Shown here one piece after another: positions 8,698 to 17,044 of a stretch of DNA of 64,000 nucleotides. Location of the stretch: assembly GCA_031269245.1 (NCBI GenBank), contig JAISZL010000062.1, positions 5,016-69,015 on the forward strand. The letters run 5' to 3'. Each line of letters opens with the position of its first letter. Within the stretch, counting starts at the first letter, position 1. The stretch is from Synergistaceae bacterium. GTDB taxonomy: Bacteria; Synergistota; Synergistia; Synergistales; Synergistaceae. The notes under the pieces are model-generated. The model saw only the letters and a list, made by a program, of their open reading frames with translations, searched no databases and was not told the DNA's origin. The position numbers and the translations under genes were made by a program.

Positions 8698-10715
8698 CCG
8701 CCGGCGGCGGTCTCCTGGAACCTTGCGTATATTTCGGCCAGCAGCGCCTTCATGCCAAGCATGTCATCCACGAGGGCCGGGTCGAAATGGCGTCCGGACT
8801 CTTTTTTCAGCAGGCCCAGCGCGTCGCCGAAACTCCATGGCTTCTTGTAACACCTAGGGGAGACCAGTGCGTCGAACACGTCCGCCACCGCTGTTATCCG
8901 CGCTTCCAGTGGGATGTCCCCGCCGGACAGTCTCCCCGTGTCGGACGAACCGGCGTAGCCTGAGCCGTCCCATCTCTGGTGGTGATGCAGAGCTATGTCG
9001 TAGGCGCTCCGCGCTATATCGCCGGGTTCTTCGGCCAGTATCGACGCGCCCTTTTCCGTATGTCCGCGCATTATCCTGAATTCATCGTCCGTGAGGCTAC
9101 AAGGTTTTTTCAATATCAGATCGCTAATCCCGACTTTCCCTATGTCGTGCAGCATGGCGGCGAGGCGTATCCGGCTCTTTCCCACGCGTATCTCGTCGAT
9201 GGGGCGTCCTTCGCCTTTCGCCCGGGCGTGGTACAATTCGGAGGCTATCGCCCCCACGCGCTCGGCGTGCGCGCTGGTCTCGCTGGGGTCATGGACGCTG
9301 GCCATACGCAGTATGCTGTAAATCTCGCGTTTTTCGGCCATGCTGCGCTCGATTATGCTTCCCACCTCGCGCGCGAGAATCCTGACGTTGTGCGCCATGT
9401 TCAGAGTGAAGGGACACGGGAGGCCCGTGCGCGGATCGATGCTGTTTATCACCTGCATCACGCCGGCCACGCCGCCCGTATTGTCGAAGAAAGGTATCAC
9501 GAGCATCGAACTAGTGTAATAGCCGCTCGCACGGTCAAACGAATCGTTGAAGGAGTACGGCGCGCCCGGCGGAAGCCTGTGAACGTCGTCGATCACGAGC
9601 GGAGTCCTCGTCGAGGCGACATAGCCCGCTATGGAAGTCTTGGAGATCTGTATCCTGATATTCGCGTAAATATGTTTGTGCGCGGTGTCCACCGGGAAGA
9701 GCGTGTCGTTGTGCGTATATGAAAATACCAGTTCGTCCTTGTCGCGCAGGTAGATAGTCCCCGCGTCCGCGTGAGTTATTTCGCGGGTTTTGGCCAAAAT
9801 CCTGTCGAGCAGCGCGTTCTCGTCGCTGTAGCGCGACAGTTCGTCCAGAAACAGCAGCAGCCAGTCGCTGCCGTGGCGCTTGAATGGTACCGGGCCGAGA
9901 GGAGTGAAGCGCATCCCTTCGCGCGCGACGTAGGCGTTTACGCCGCCGTCCTCCGCGATGAGCGCGAGCGTCTGATCGAGCCTGTCGAGTTCCTGGTCGG
10001 AGCGCACCGGGTCGTGGTGCGTCAGCACGAGATTGCGCACGCCGCTCACGTTCGCGGCTTCGATCCAGTCCTGCCAGCGCGAGTGTCCCCAGCCGGGGCG
10101 GTAATCGTTCCAGCCGTAGGCGGCGTCAACCACCGCTATGTCCGCGCCGCTCAAAAATTCCGCCGCCGCGGCGATGCTCTCCTTTCCGCTGTCAATCTCG
10201 TGATCGCCGCTGTAAACGAAGAGCGCTCCGTCCGCGCTCGCGCGGAAGCCAAGCCCACCGCCCGGATGGTTCATGGCCGCCGCCGCCACCGTTATCCCGC
10301 TCCCGCTGGAAGACGGCACGGTGGTCACGTCGCCCGGCCCTATGAGTTTTATCCTGACGTCGCCCGTCAGTTCGCGGAAAGGGACCGGGAAAAATCCGCA
10401 CTGGTACATATGTTCGGGAAGGTATTCGAGCCATGCGGGAAGATACAGATTTGTAACCCACTTAGGCGAATGTATCGGCATGAAGAACCACAACCCGAAA
10501 ATATGATCCGCGTGGCCGTGTGAGATGAAGACATGACACTCGCCGCTCTCCGGCAGGCGCGCCCCGGCCTCGCGGATGCCAGTGCCGGCGTCGAAGTAAA
10601 TCCGCGCGCCGCGCCCGGCATTAAGCTCGACGCAGGCCGTGTTGCCGCCATAAAAAACGGTATCCGGCGACGGATTGGCGATGCTGCCGCGCACTCCCCG
10701 CAGTATTACCTCCAT
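8694..10715 (-). CDS. MBL-fold hydrolase - GAF - HD-GYP three-domain protein
   Basis: HGHADH (HxHxDH) near the N-terminus, central GAF-like region, C-terminal HDIGKVGI ... HHQRWDGSGYAG (variant of HHExxDGxGYP). No TM segments. Confidence 0.8.
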   Translation of the reverse strand: MEVILRGVRGSIANPSPDTVFYGGNTACVELNAGRGARIYFDAGTGIREAGARLPESGECHVFISHGHADHIFGLWFFMPIHSPKWVTNLYLPAWLEYLPEHMYQCGFFPVPFRELTGDVRIKLIGPGDVTTVPSSSGSGITVAAAAMNHPGGGLGFRASADGALFVYSGDHEIDSGKESIAAAAEFLSGADIAVVDAAYGWNDYRPGWGHSRWQDWIEAANVSGVRNLVLTHHDPVRSDQELDRLDQTLALIAEDGGVNAYVAREGMRFTPLGPVPFKRHGSDWLLLFLDELSRYSDENALLDRILAKTREITHADAGTIYLRDKDELVFSYTHNDTLFPVDTAHKHIYANIRIQISKTSIAGYVASTRTPLVIDDVHRLPPGAPYSFNDSFDRASGYYTSSMLVIPFFDNTGGVAGVMQVINSIDPRTGLPCPFTLNMAHNVRILAREVGSIIERSMAEKREIYSILRMASVHDPSETSAHAERVGAIASELYHARAKGEGRPIDEIRVGKSRIRLAAMLHDIGKVGISDLILKKPCSLTDDEFRIMRGHTEKGASILAEEPGDIARSAYDIALHHHQRWDGSGYAGSSDTGRLSGGDIPLEARITAVADVFDALVSPRCYKKPWSFGDALGLLKKESGRHFDPALVDDMLGMKALLAEIYARFQETAAGG

Positions 10716-10716
10716 A

Positions 10717-11994
10717 TCAGAAACTCCATACGAGGCCTAGGGTGACGAGATGTCTGCCGTATTCGCGCAGAGATGAGTTGGACTCGTTGTGAGTATAGCT
10801 GTAATCCATCTCCGCGCTCCACACTTCGTTTATCCTGTATGCCGCTCTCAGCCCCGCGCGAAAGCGTCTGTCGCGGCGATCGGCCGTTTCGAGCACGGTT
10901 GCCGGCGCGCCGTAATTTTCCTCGGCGTAGAGCAGCGACGGGGAAATTTCCCAGCGATTTTTGAGCTTGAAGCGCATCGAGGTCGAAACTTCCCAACCGT
11001 CCCAGGACGCGCGGGCGGTTTCGGCGTCGGCCCACAGGCCTCGGGCGCCGACGATCAATTCGTGTCCCCGTTCGCCGAAAACGAACCGCGCGTATTGCCC
11101 TATGAAGGAATAAGTCCCGTCGTAATCGCCGTTGCGGACGTAGTCGCGCCGTTCGAGGCCGGCGCGCGTCACGAGATGGAACGAGCCGGAGAGTGCTTTA
11201 GTGTACGTGAGTTCGGCTCCTAAGGAGTAGACCGTGTTGTAAAAATCATAGTCGAAAACCTCGCCCTTGAGCCGCAGGTCGAAGAGTGATGCGGGCGCGG
11301 AGTGGCGAATTCCGCCCGCGATACGGTACCACTGCGAGTAATCCTGATCCAGCGAGCGCAGTCCGGCCGAATCGAGCGCGCGGATATAAAAGTGAGCGTC
11401 GCCAACGACCCACCAGGGACCGCCGCGCGATGTGCGGTACGCCGCGTCGTAGTCGCCGGCGATCCATCCGCCTAAGCCTCCCTGTTCCGTGGAGTCGCCG
11501 GGTATGGTGACGATGAAATTTCCCAGCGCCAGTCTGTCGGAGCCGGGGCCCTGATTGCCGTTGCTGTCGGACATGAGGCCGAAGCGGAGCTTGCCCTGGG
11601 ACTGGAACCTGCTGTACGCTTTTCCAGCTCGGGAAGCCCAAGCGGATATGTCGTCCGGCGCGAGGGACGCGTCGCGTGAGAGATATCGCGTCGCCATGTC
11701 GGAGTCGCCGATGGACATGTAAGCGTTCGCGATCTCGCGGTAGAGGCGAAATTCCGCCGGATATTTGGCGATGAGGCGCTCATAAGCCATTATGGCCTGA
11801 TACGGGCGTGAGGACGACGCGGACGCGCGGGCGAGGCCGAAGTTCACCTCGTCGCTGCCGGGGTCTTCTCGCAGGAGTGCGAGATATATTGGGTAAGCCT
11901 CCTCCGCGCGCCCCGCAAGCAATAATTCCGCCGCGCGGGCCAAGTCGGATGAAACATCCGCAAACGCCGGCACCGTAAATAGACACATAAACAA
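10717..11994 (-). CDS. TPR + C-terminal beta-barrel outer-membrane protein (Slam/DUF560-like architecture); 5' end disrupted by a homopolymer frameshift
   Basis: TPR-like N-terminal third. Alternating beta-strand pattern ending ...VTLGLVWSF (terminal Phe OMP signature). The TTG-start ORF keeps only a stub signal peptide, MFMCLFTVPAFA. Confidence 0.65.
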   Translation of the reverse strand: MFMCLFTVPAFADVSSDLARAAELLLAGRAEEAYPIYLALLREDPGSDEVNFGLARASASSSRPYQAIMAYERLIAKYPAEFRLYREIANAYMSIGDSDMATRYLSRDASLAPDDISAWASRAGKAYSRFQSQGKLRFGLMSDSNGNQGPGSDRLALGNFIVTIPGDSTEQGGLGGWIAGDYDAAYRTSRGGPWWVVGDAHFYIRALDSAGLRSLDQDYSQWYRIAGGIRHSAPASLFDLRLKGEVFDYDFYNTVYSLGAELTYTKALSGSFHLVTRAGLERRDYVRNGDYDGTYSFIGQYARFVFGERGHELIVGARGLWADAETARASWDGWEVSTSMRFKLKNRWEISPSLLYAEENYGAPATVLETADRRDRRFRAGLRAAYRINEVWSAEMDYSYTHNESNSSLREYGRHLVTLGLVWSF

Positions 11995-12020
11995 AAAAAC
12001 TAGACAAAAAAATTTAAGGC

Positions 12021-12037
12021 GGGGGGGGGGGGGGGGG
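12021..12037. repeat. G17 (C17 on the coding strand) homopolymeric tract
   Basis: Direct read: ...aaggc g(17) cacccc... Confidence 0.95.
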
Positions 12038-12094
12038 CACCCCTGGATATTTTGTCATTTTAAATAATTTATTCATCTCCATTGCCGCTCACCC

Positions 12095-13465
12095 CTAATT
12101 TACCGACGTGACGGAGCCGTCCGGCAGCGGGCCGTCAAATCCGACGGTATCGAATTCTACACGAAAACGATAGTCGGTATTGCCGTTTTGCTGCAAAATC
12201 AAAGCGCCGTGAACGGCGTCACCCACGTCCGAATAACCGGAAGGCGCGGATACTTCCAAAAGTGTTGCGTCTAGATCCAACATATCATGCTCTTCGACTG
12301 CCTCTTGTTGTGTCGTTATATGGCCGCCCGAATTCGAAGGGTCGAAACGGATCTCCGCGGTTCCGGAGTCAAACATGCCCTCGCCGCCGGTTAAATCGAA
12401 GAGCCCATACAACCCCGTCACGTAATCATCACCCTCAATTGATAGTATATGAAATTTTCCGCTCGCTACGCCGGAGGTAATAGCCCCGGAATTCAGATTT
12501 ACGTCGAAGCCGTAAGAGAAGCCATCAGATATCTCAACAGACACGACGAAAGACAAAGTCGAATTCATCTCAGTCAAAGGAATGTTGTGATACGTCGTCC
12601 CCGCGTTTGCGGAGAACTCCACATGCGCCAATTCCGGCCCCGCCGGGATCGGCGCCGGAATTGGCTCCGTCGGGACTGGGGCCGGAATTGGCTCCGGCTG
12701 GGAAACCGCGACTTCCGCGCCGAACGGGCGCTCCATGATATCTGCCGCCGGATTCACCGCGATATCCCCCTCCCCAGGCGCCGCGCCCTGCGCTTCCTGC
12801 CAGACTGGCGGCAGTCCCGAGACCTCGCCGCCGCTAGGCAAGACTATGGCGTTCGTGTCCTCCTCCTCCTCGCCGGGGGCGAGCGGCACGATTTCCGTCT
12901 CTCCATCTCGGAGCAGGGTTATCTTGAAGGTCTCGGGCACGGCGATGCCGTTCACTACGACCGTTTTGTCGCTGTTGAAAACTTTGACCGTGGTGTGCCT
13001 GTCGTCGGCCTCGACGTATAAAATCGTGCCGCGGATCCCGATCGTCGCGAGAGGCGTCGTGAGTTCGAAGCCCTCGGGGTTGCTCTCCGTGATCGTCCCT
13101 GTGATTATCCGCACCGCGCCCTGAAACAGATTTGCCGCGAAGTTGGACTCCGAGCCCGCGTCCGCGTATGAGGCCATGTCAAACGCCGACCCCGGCGCGA
13201 TGTTCACCGTGCTGCCGTCGCTGAAGAGAATCTGAATTTTTCCGCCCTCTCCCGTGAGTATGGAGTCCGACACGAAAACCGGGTCTTTGAGCGTCAGCGG
13301 AACGCGTGAGCCCGCGCGCACGACCTCGACCGGCCCCGACGCCGCGATCACGGTAGCTATCGGCTCGGGCGAGGCGCCAAGCGCCGGGCTCCCAAGCGCC
13401 GCCCACAAAACGCACGCCACGATGAAGAGACGCCCCAAAACAGTCGCAAGCAATTTTTCGTTCAT
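12095..13465 (-). CDS. FecR-domain secreted protein with Pro-rich linker and beta-rich C-terminal domain
   Basis: Signal peptide MNEKLLATVLGRLFIVACVLWAALGSPALGA. FecR-like VEVVRAGSRVPLTLKDPVFVSDSILTGEGGKIQILFSDGSTVNIAPGSAF. GGGAGAGAAG SD before ATG 13465. Confidence 0.75.
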   Translation of the reverse strand: MNEKLLATVLGRLFIVACVLWAALGSPALGASPEPIATVIAASGPVEVVRAGSRVPLTLKDPVFVSDSILTGEGGKIQILFSDGSTVNIAPGSAFDMASYADAGSESNFAANLFQGAVRIITGTITESNPEGFELTTPLATIGIRGTILYVEADDRHTTVKVFNSDKTVVVNGIAVPETFKITLLRDGETEIVPLAPGEEEEDTNAIVLPSGGEVSGLPPVWQEAQGAAPGEGDIAVNPAADIMERPFGAEVAVSQPEPIPAPVPTEPIPAPIPAGPELAHVEFSANAGTTYHNIPLTEMNSTLSFVVSVEISDGFSYGFDVNLNSGAITSGVASGKFHILSIEGDDYVTGLYGLFDLTGGEGMFDSGTAEIRFDPSNSGGHITTQQEAVEEHDMLDLDATLLEVSAPSGYSDVGDAVHGALILQQNGNTDYRFRVEFDTVGFDGPLPDGSVTSVN

Positions 13466-13938
13466 AAACTTCTCTCCCATCATACCCGATTTTCACTGCT
13501 ACGTAATTATAGCAAGTATAACATAAACCTACAATTCCCGCAAAAAACAACCTCCATATGATCAAGCATTAATCGGAGAAAGGATATTCTTCAAATAACC
13601 CCGAAATGTTTCAATAGAGTGCGTGTGGAGAGGTAAGCGGAGCGATTTTGGCAGAAAATATTTTTTTCCTCGACGAAAGCCCCTTATTGTTGTATTCTTA
13701 CGAAAATATGCGGCGCCTTTTGAGGGTATTTGAGTATTGACATGGCGCGCAGGGCAAAAGATCTGATTTTTACGGCGCTATCGCGGTCTTTTGCCAGTAA
13801 GTCAGAGGTATTTCGAGAAACGCAAGGGTTTCCTCCGTTTAGGCGTCGTTTCGGGCGGCGTGAATGCCGGGCGTGTTTGAAGCGGATGAAGCTTGAGTTT
13901 CGCCAAAATACAAAAATCTTTTGTTGGGGGGCATAGGC

Positions 13939-14325
13939 ATGTTGTGGACCAAGTCGCTGGAAACCGGGATAGAAGCTATAGACAATCAGCACAAGGAGCT
14001 CTTTCGTCAGATAGATATTCTGCTGGATCCAGGGAAGGCGAATAGGGTGAGGGACACGCTGGATTTTCTCGAAAAATACATAGCGAAGCACTTTTCCGAC
14101 GAGCAGGGTATGCACATCAAGGCCAAGTACCCTAAGGCCGCGGAGCACAAGAGCTACCACGACAGCTACATAGTGGTCTTCCGTAATTTGAAAGGGAAAT
14201 ATCTCAAGGAGGGGCCGAGCCCGGCGAACAACATAGCCGTCAATAAAAACGTGATAGGATGGCTCAAGGATCACATACTGGTTCACGACAAGGATTTCGC
14301 GGAATATTTTAAGTCGCTGCCGTAG
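13939..14325 (+). CDS. Bacteriohemerythrin
   Basis: MLWTKSLETGIEAIDNQHKELF ... HFSDEQ ... WLKDHILVHDKDF iron-ligand His/Asp pattern. Confidence 0.85.
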   Translation: MLWTKSLETGIEAIDNQHKELFRQIDILLDPGKANRVRDTLDFLEKYIAKHFSDEQGMHIKAKYPKAAEHKSYHDSYIVVFRNLKGKYLKEGPSPANNIAVNKNVIGWLKDHILVHDKDFAEYFKSLP

Positions 14326-14551
14326 ACCGTCTTTCGAGAGTGCGGCGTCTGACTCGTCAAAACTGCCGGGACGCAATCAGCGCGGAGTGGGAGGTTCTCC
14401 GCTCGATGAGGAATAAACGCGGTGCTTTGATAAAAAAATAACTAATTTTATCCATCGAATATTGCGTAAAAATGAATCTTCAGTTATCCTTTGTGGGTAA
14501 CGCGCAACTTGAAGGATTAGGTGAGCGTTTGTTCAGCAGGGAGGTGTCCTC

Positions 14552-16036
14552 GTGCCTGACTCGACGTACGAAAAGTGGATTGTGTCCGCGGCGGTTGGCA
14601 CCAACTCCGTCGAATTCAGCGGAGGAGACGGGTTGACGCCGGAAAGCGCATATGTCATAACGAATCACGCGCAGCTGCTGAAACTCTCTCGGGACGTTTG
14701 CGGCGGGACCTCGTACCGCGATACGCATTTCAAGCTGGACAACGACATAGACATGGGCGGCAAGCAGTGGCAGCCGATAGGCTATTGCACCGGGCCGTTC
14801 GACAAGCGGGAGTTTTGCGGCATATTCGATGGGTGCGGTCATACGGTAAGCAATTTCCGCATAACCGAGTCCGAGCTCAAGAGCGGCGGGTTGTTCGGCT
14901 ATATTGAGTACGCGCTGATCAAGAATCTCTACGTGAGGAACTTCTTCACGACCGGCGGCAGCTCAGTGGGCGGAGTGGCCGGTTACTCCGAGAGCAGCGC
15001 TATTGTCGGCTGTCTGGCTGAGGGCAACATAAACTCCGAGTCCTACCACATTGGCGGGATAGTGGGCCTTTCCTGCAACTCCACCGTCATGAACTGCATA
15101 TCCGTGATCAGCATAAGCTCGAAGGAGGGCAGGGGAGTGGGCGGCCTCTGCGGCTACGCCTACAACGGCAGCGTGATAAAGAACTGCGAGTCGGGGGGGA
15201 TGATGAGCGCATCGAATTCGTTCGACGTCGGCGGTTTCGTAGGTTTGTCGAAGGACAGCTCCATTGAGAATTGTTATTCCCTGGTGCGGATGACCGTTAC
15301 GGAGTGCTCGTTCATCGGAGGGTTTGCCGGAGCGGCGAGGAGCAGCGATGTGTTCTCGTGCTGCGCCAAGGGGGCCATCATCTCCGCCAATGACGCGGTC
15401 GATGGCTGCGTCGGCGGATTCGTCGGGTTCACTAACAGCAGGACGGCCTATTGCCTGTCCTCGGGCAACGTCTCCAAGAACGGCGCCGGAGGCTCGGTCG
15501 GTGGGTTCGCCGGGCATATCGCGAAGGGGAACGTTTTCTTCTCGTACTCGGCCGGGGACGTCAAGGGGGAGGGCAGCGTCGGGGGGTTCGTGGGCTCGGC
15601 TCGGTGCGCGGATGTCTCGGGGATCGCCATGGAAAACTGCTACTGCGCCGGCGCGGTCATATCCTTCGAGGAAGACAGCCTCGCCGGCGGTTTCATAGGG
15701 AACATGCGGAGGGATGTCGGCAACGTGGTGATCTCCAAATGTTATTCATATGGGAGGCTGTCTCTGAGAGTGAGCGGATTTGCGCACAAGAGCGCGAAGG
15801 GTAGCGTGGTGGACTGCGCATGGCGCAGGGATGAAAGGGGTGTCAACCAGAACAACTCCGACGGGCGCGGAGTGCCGTCCCTGTCAAGCGGCGAGTTCGC
15901 CGACGAGAATAAATTCGTCGAGCTAGGCTGGAGCTTCTTCGAAACGGACAACGTGTGGTACTATGACGACGCTGTCAACCCAGTGAGACCTCACCTGAAG
16001 GGCCTCGCTGTGGTCCAAAAGCAGGGCGTCGAGTGA
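14552..16036 (+). CDS. GLUG-motif repeat protein (beta-helix-like), no signal peptide
   Basis: Ten G-G-[LFIV]-x-G repeats (GGLFGY, GGVAGY, GGIVGL, GGLCGY, GGFVGL, GGFAGA, GGFVGF, GGFAGH, GGFVGS, GGFIGN). N-terminal F.G.FDGCGHTVSNF module. GTG start with an AGGGAGG SD. Confidence 0.7.
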   Translation: MPDSTYEKWIVSAAVGTNSVEFSGGDGLTPESAYVITNHAQLLKLSRDVCGGTSYRDTHFKLDNDIDMGGKQWQPIGYCTGPFDKREFCGIFDGCGHTVSNFRITESELKSGGLFGYIEYALIKNLYVRNFFTTGGSSVGGVAGYSESSAIVGCLAEGNINSESYHIGGIVGLSCNSTVMNCISVISISSKEGRGVGGLCGYAYNGSVIKNCESGGMMSASNSFDVGGFVGLSKDSSIENCYSLVRMTVTECSFIGGFAGAARSSDVFSCCAKGAIISANDAVDGCVGGFVGFTNSRTAYCLSSGNVSKNGAGGSVGGFAGHIAKGNVFFSYSAGDVKGEGSVGGFVGSARCADVSGIAMENCYCAGAVISFEEDSLAGGFIGNMRRDVGNVVISKCYSYGRLSLRVSGFAHKSAKGSVVDCAWRRDERGVNQNNSDGRGVPSLSSGEFADENKFVELGWSFFETDNVWYYDDAVNPVRPHLKGLAVVQKQGVE

Positions 16037-16062
16037 TTTGGTTGGGGTCATTTGGAATAAGA

Positions 16063-16088
16063 GCGTGGGGAACGAGTTCCCTGCCGAG
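16063..16088 (-). repeat. Copy 1 of the short palindromic repeat CGGCAGGGAACTCGTTCCCCrCGC (reverse orientation)
   Basis: GCGTGGGGAACGAGTTCCCTGCCGAG is the reverse complement of 56717-56741, with 1-2 mismatches. Confidence 0.75.
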
Positions 16089-16102
16089 CGCGGACATTAC
16101 CG

Positions 16103-16903
16103 TTAGAGGGCGTACTTCTCAACGGCCCACGCGACGCCGTCCTCGTTGTTCGACGGAGCGGTGACGTCAGCCGCATCTCTGACCGCCTCCCTGGCGTTCT
16201 TCATGGCCACCCCGATTCCGGCGAGCCGCAGCATTTCGATGTCGTTCTCACCGTCGCCCAGGGCCATCACCGACTCCAGGGGTACCCTCATTTCGCTGGC
16301 GAGGCGCGCGAGAGCCCTCCCCTTGTTCGCCGCCGGGTTCATCATCTCCACGAACTCGGAGTTCGATCTGGTCACGTACAGGCTAGGCCCGAAGAGCCGC
16401 GACAGCTCGTCCATGAGCCCGTGTGACTCCTCAGTCCCGCTCGTCACCGCTAGGAGCTTCGTCGGAGCGGTGCGCGGGTTGTATATCTCGTCCCCTACAG
16501 GGCTGCCCTCGACCCCATAGAATCGCATGTACCCGCGCGCTTCGTCCTCGTTCTGGTCCTTGACCAGAAGGACGTCGTCTATATACGACTGCACGTACAT
16601 GTTCCGCTCCCTGAATATCGCCAGAAGCCGCCTGGCTATGTCCATGTCGAGGGCCATGTGGGACAGCGTCTCGTCCCTGGGCCCCCGTATCATGGCGCCG
16701 TTGTAGCATATGACCGACGTGTCCAGCCCCAGCTCGGCAGAGAAGCGTTTGGCCGACGCGAACATCCGCCCTGTGTTGATGATTATGCCGATGCCGCGCC
16801 GTGCGGCCTCTCTGAGGGCCCCAACGTTGCGGGCGGATATTTCCCCCATGCTGTTCAGCAGGGTGCCGTCCAGGTCAGTCGATATTAACGTGACAGATGA
16901 CAT
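16103..16903 (-). CDS. Cof-type HAD-IIB phosphatase
   Basis: LISTDLDGTLL motif I, GDGENDIEM motif III. ATG 16903 is preceded by GAGGAG. Confidence 0.8.
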   Translation of the reverse strand: MSSVTLISTDLDGTLLNSMGEISARNVGALREAARRGIGIIINTGRMFASAKRFSAELGLDTSVICYNGAMIRGPRDETLSHMALDMDIARRLLAIFRERNMYVQSYIDDVLLVKDQNEDEARGYMRFYGVEGSPVGDEIYNPRTAPTKLLAVTSGTEESHGLMDELSRLFGPSLYVTRSNSEFVEMMNPAANKGRALARLASEMRVPLESVMALGDGENDIEMLRLAGIGVAMKNAREAVRDAADVTAPSNNEDGVAWAVEKYAL

Positions 16904-17044
16904 ATGCTCATTTCTCCTCACATGTGCGCTGTTGCGCAGCCGCTCGCGCGGATACCCTGATTATCCGGCAGGATGCCGTAAAATGGAAACGGCAAAAGTA
17001 CGTCTTGAAACAAGCGAGAGGCTGTGGGCGGCACCGGCGGCCCT

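Noticed and set aside
12654-12696. 27-nt-period direct repeat GCCGGAATTGGCTCCG x2 in the FecR-protein gene
   Set aside because: It simply encodes a duplicated EPIPAP linker unit. It is in frame and is ordinary Pro-rich linker expansion.
13412-13465. Possible lipobox IVAC in the FecR-domain protein leader
   Set aside because: The Cys lies in the middle of the hydrophobic core, which continues VLWAALGSPALGA to an Ala-x-Ala-type site. A signal peptidase I substrate is more likely than a lipoprotein.
13684-14376. 230-aa minus-strand ORF overlapping the hemerythrin gene
   Set aside because: The hemerythrin frame on the plus strand has the full iron-ligand pattern. The antisense ORF has no motifs and crosses an AT-rich promoter region.
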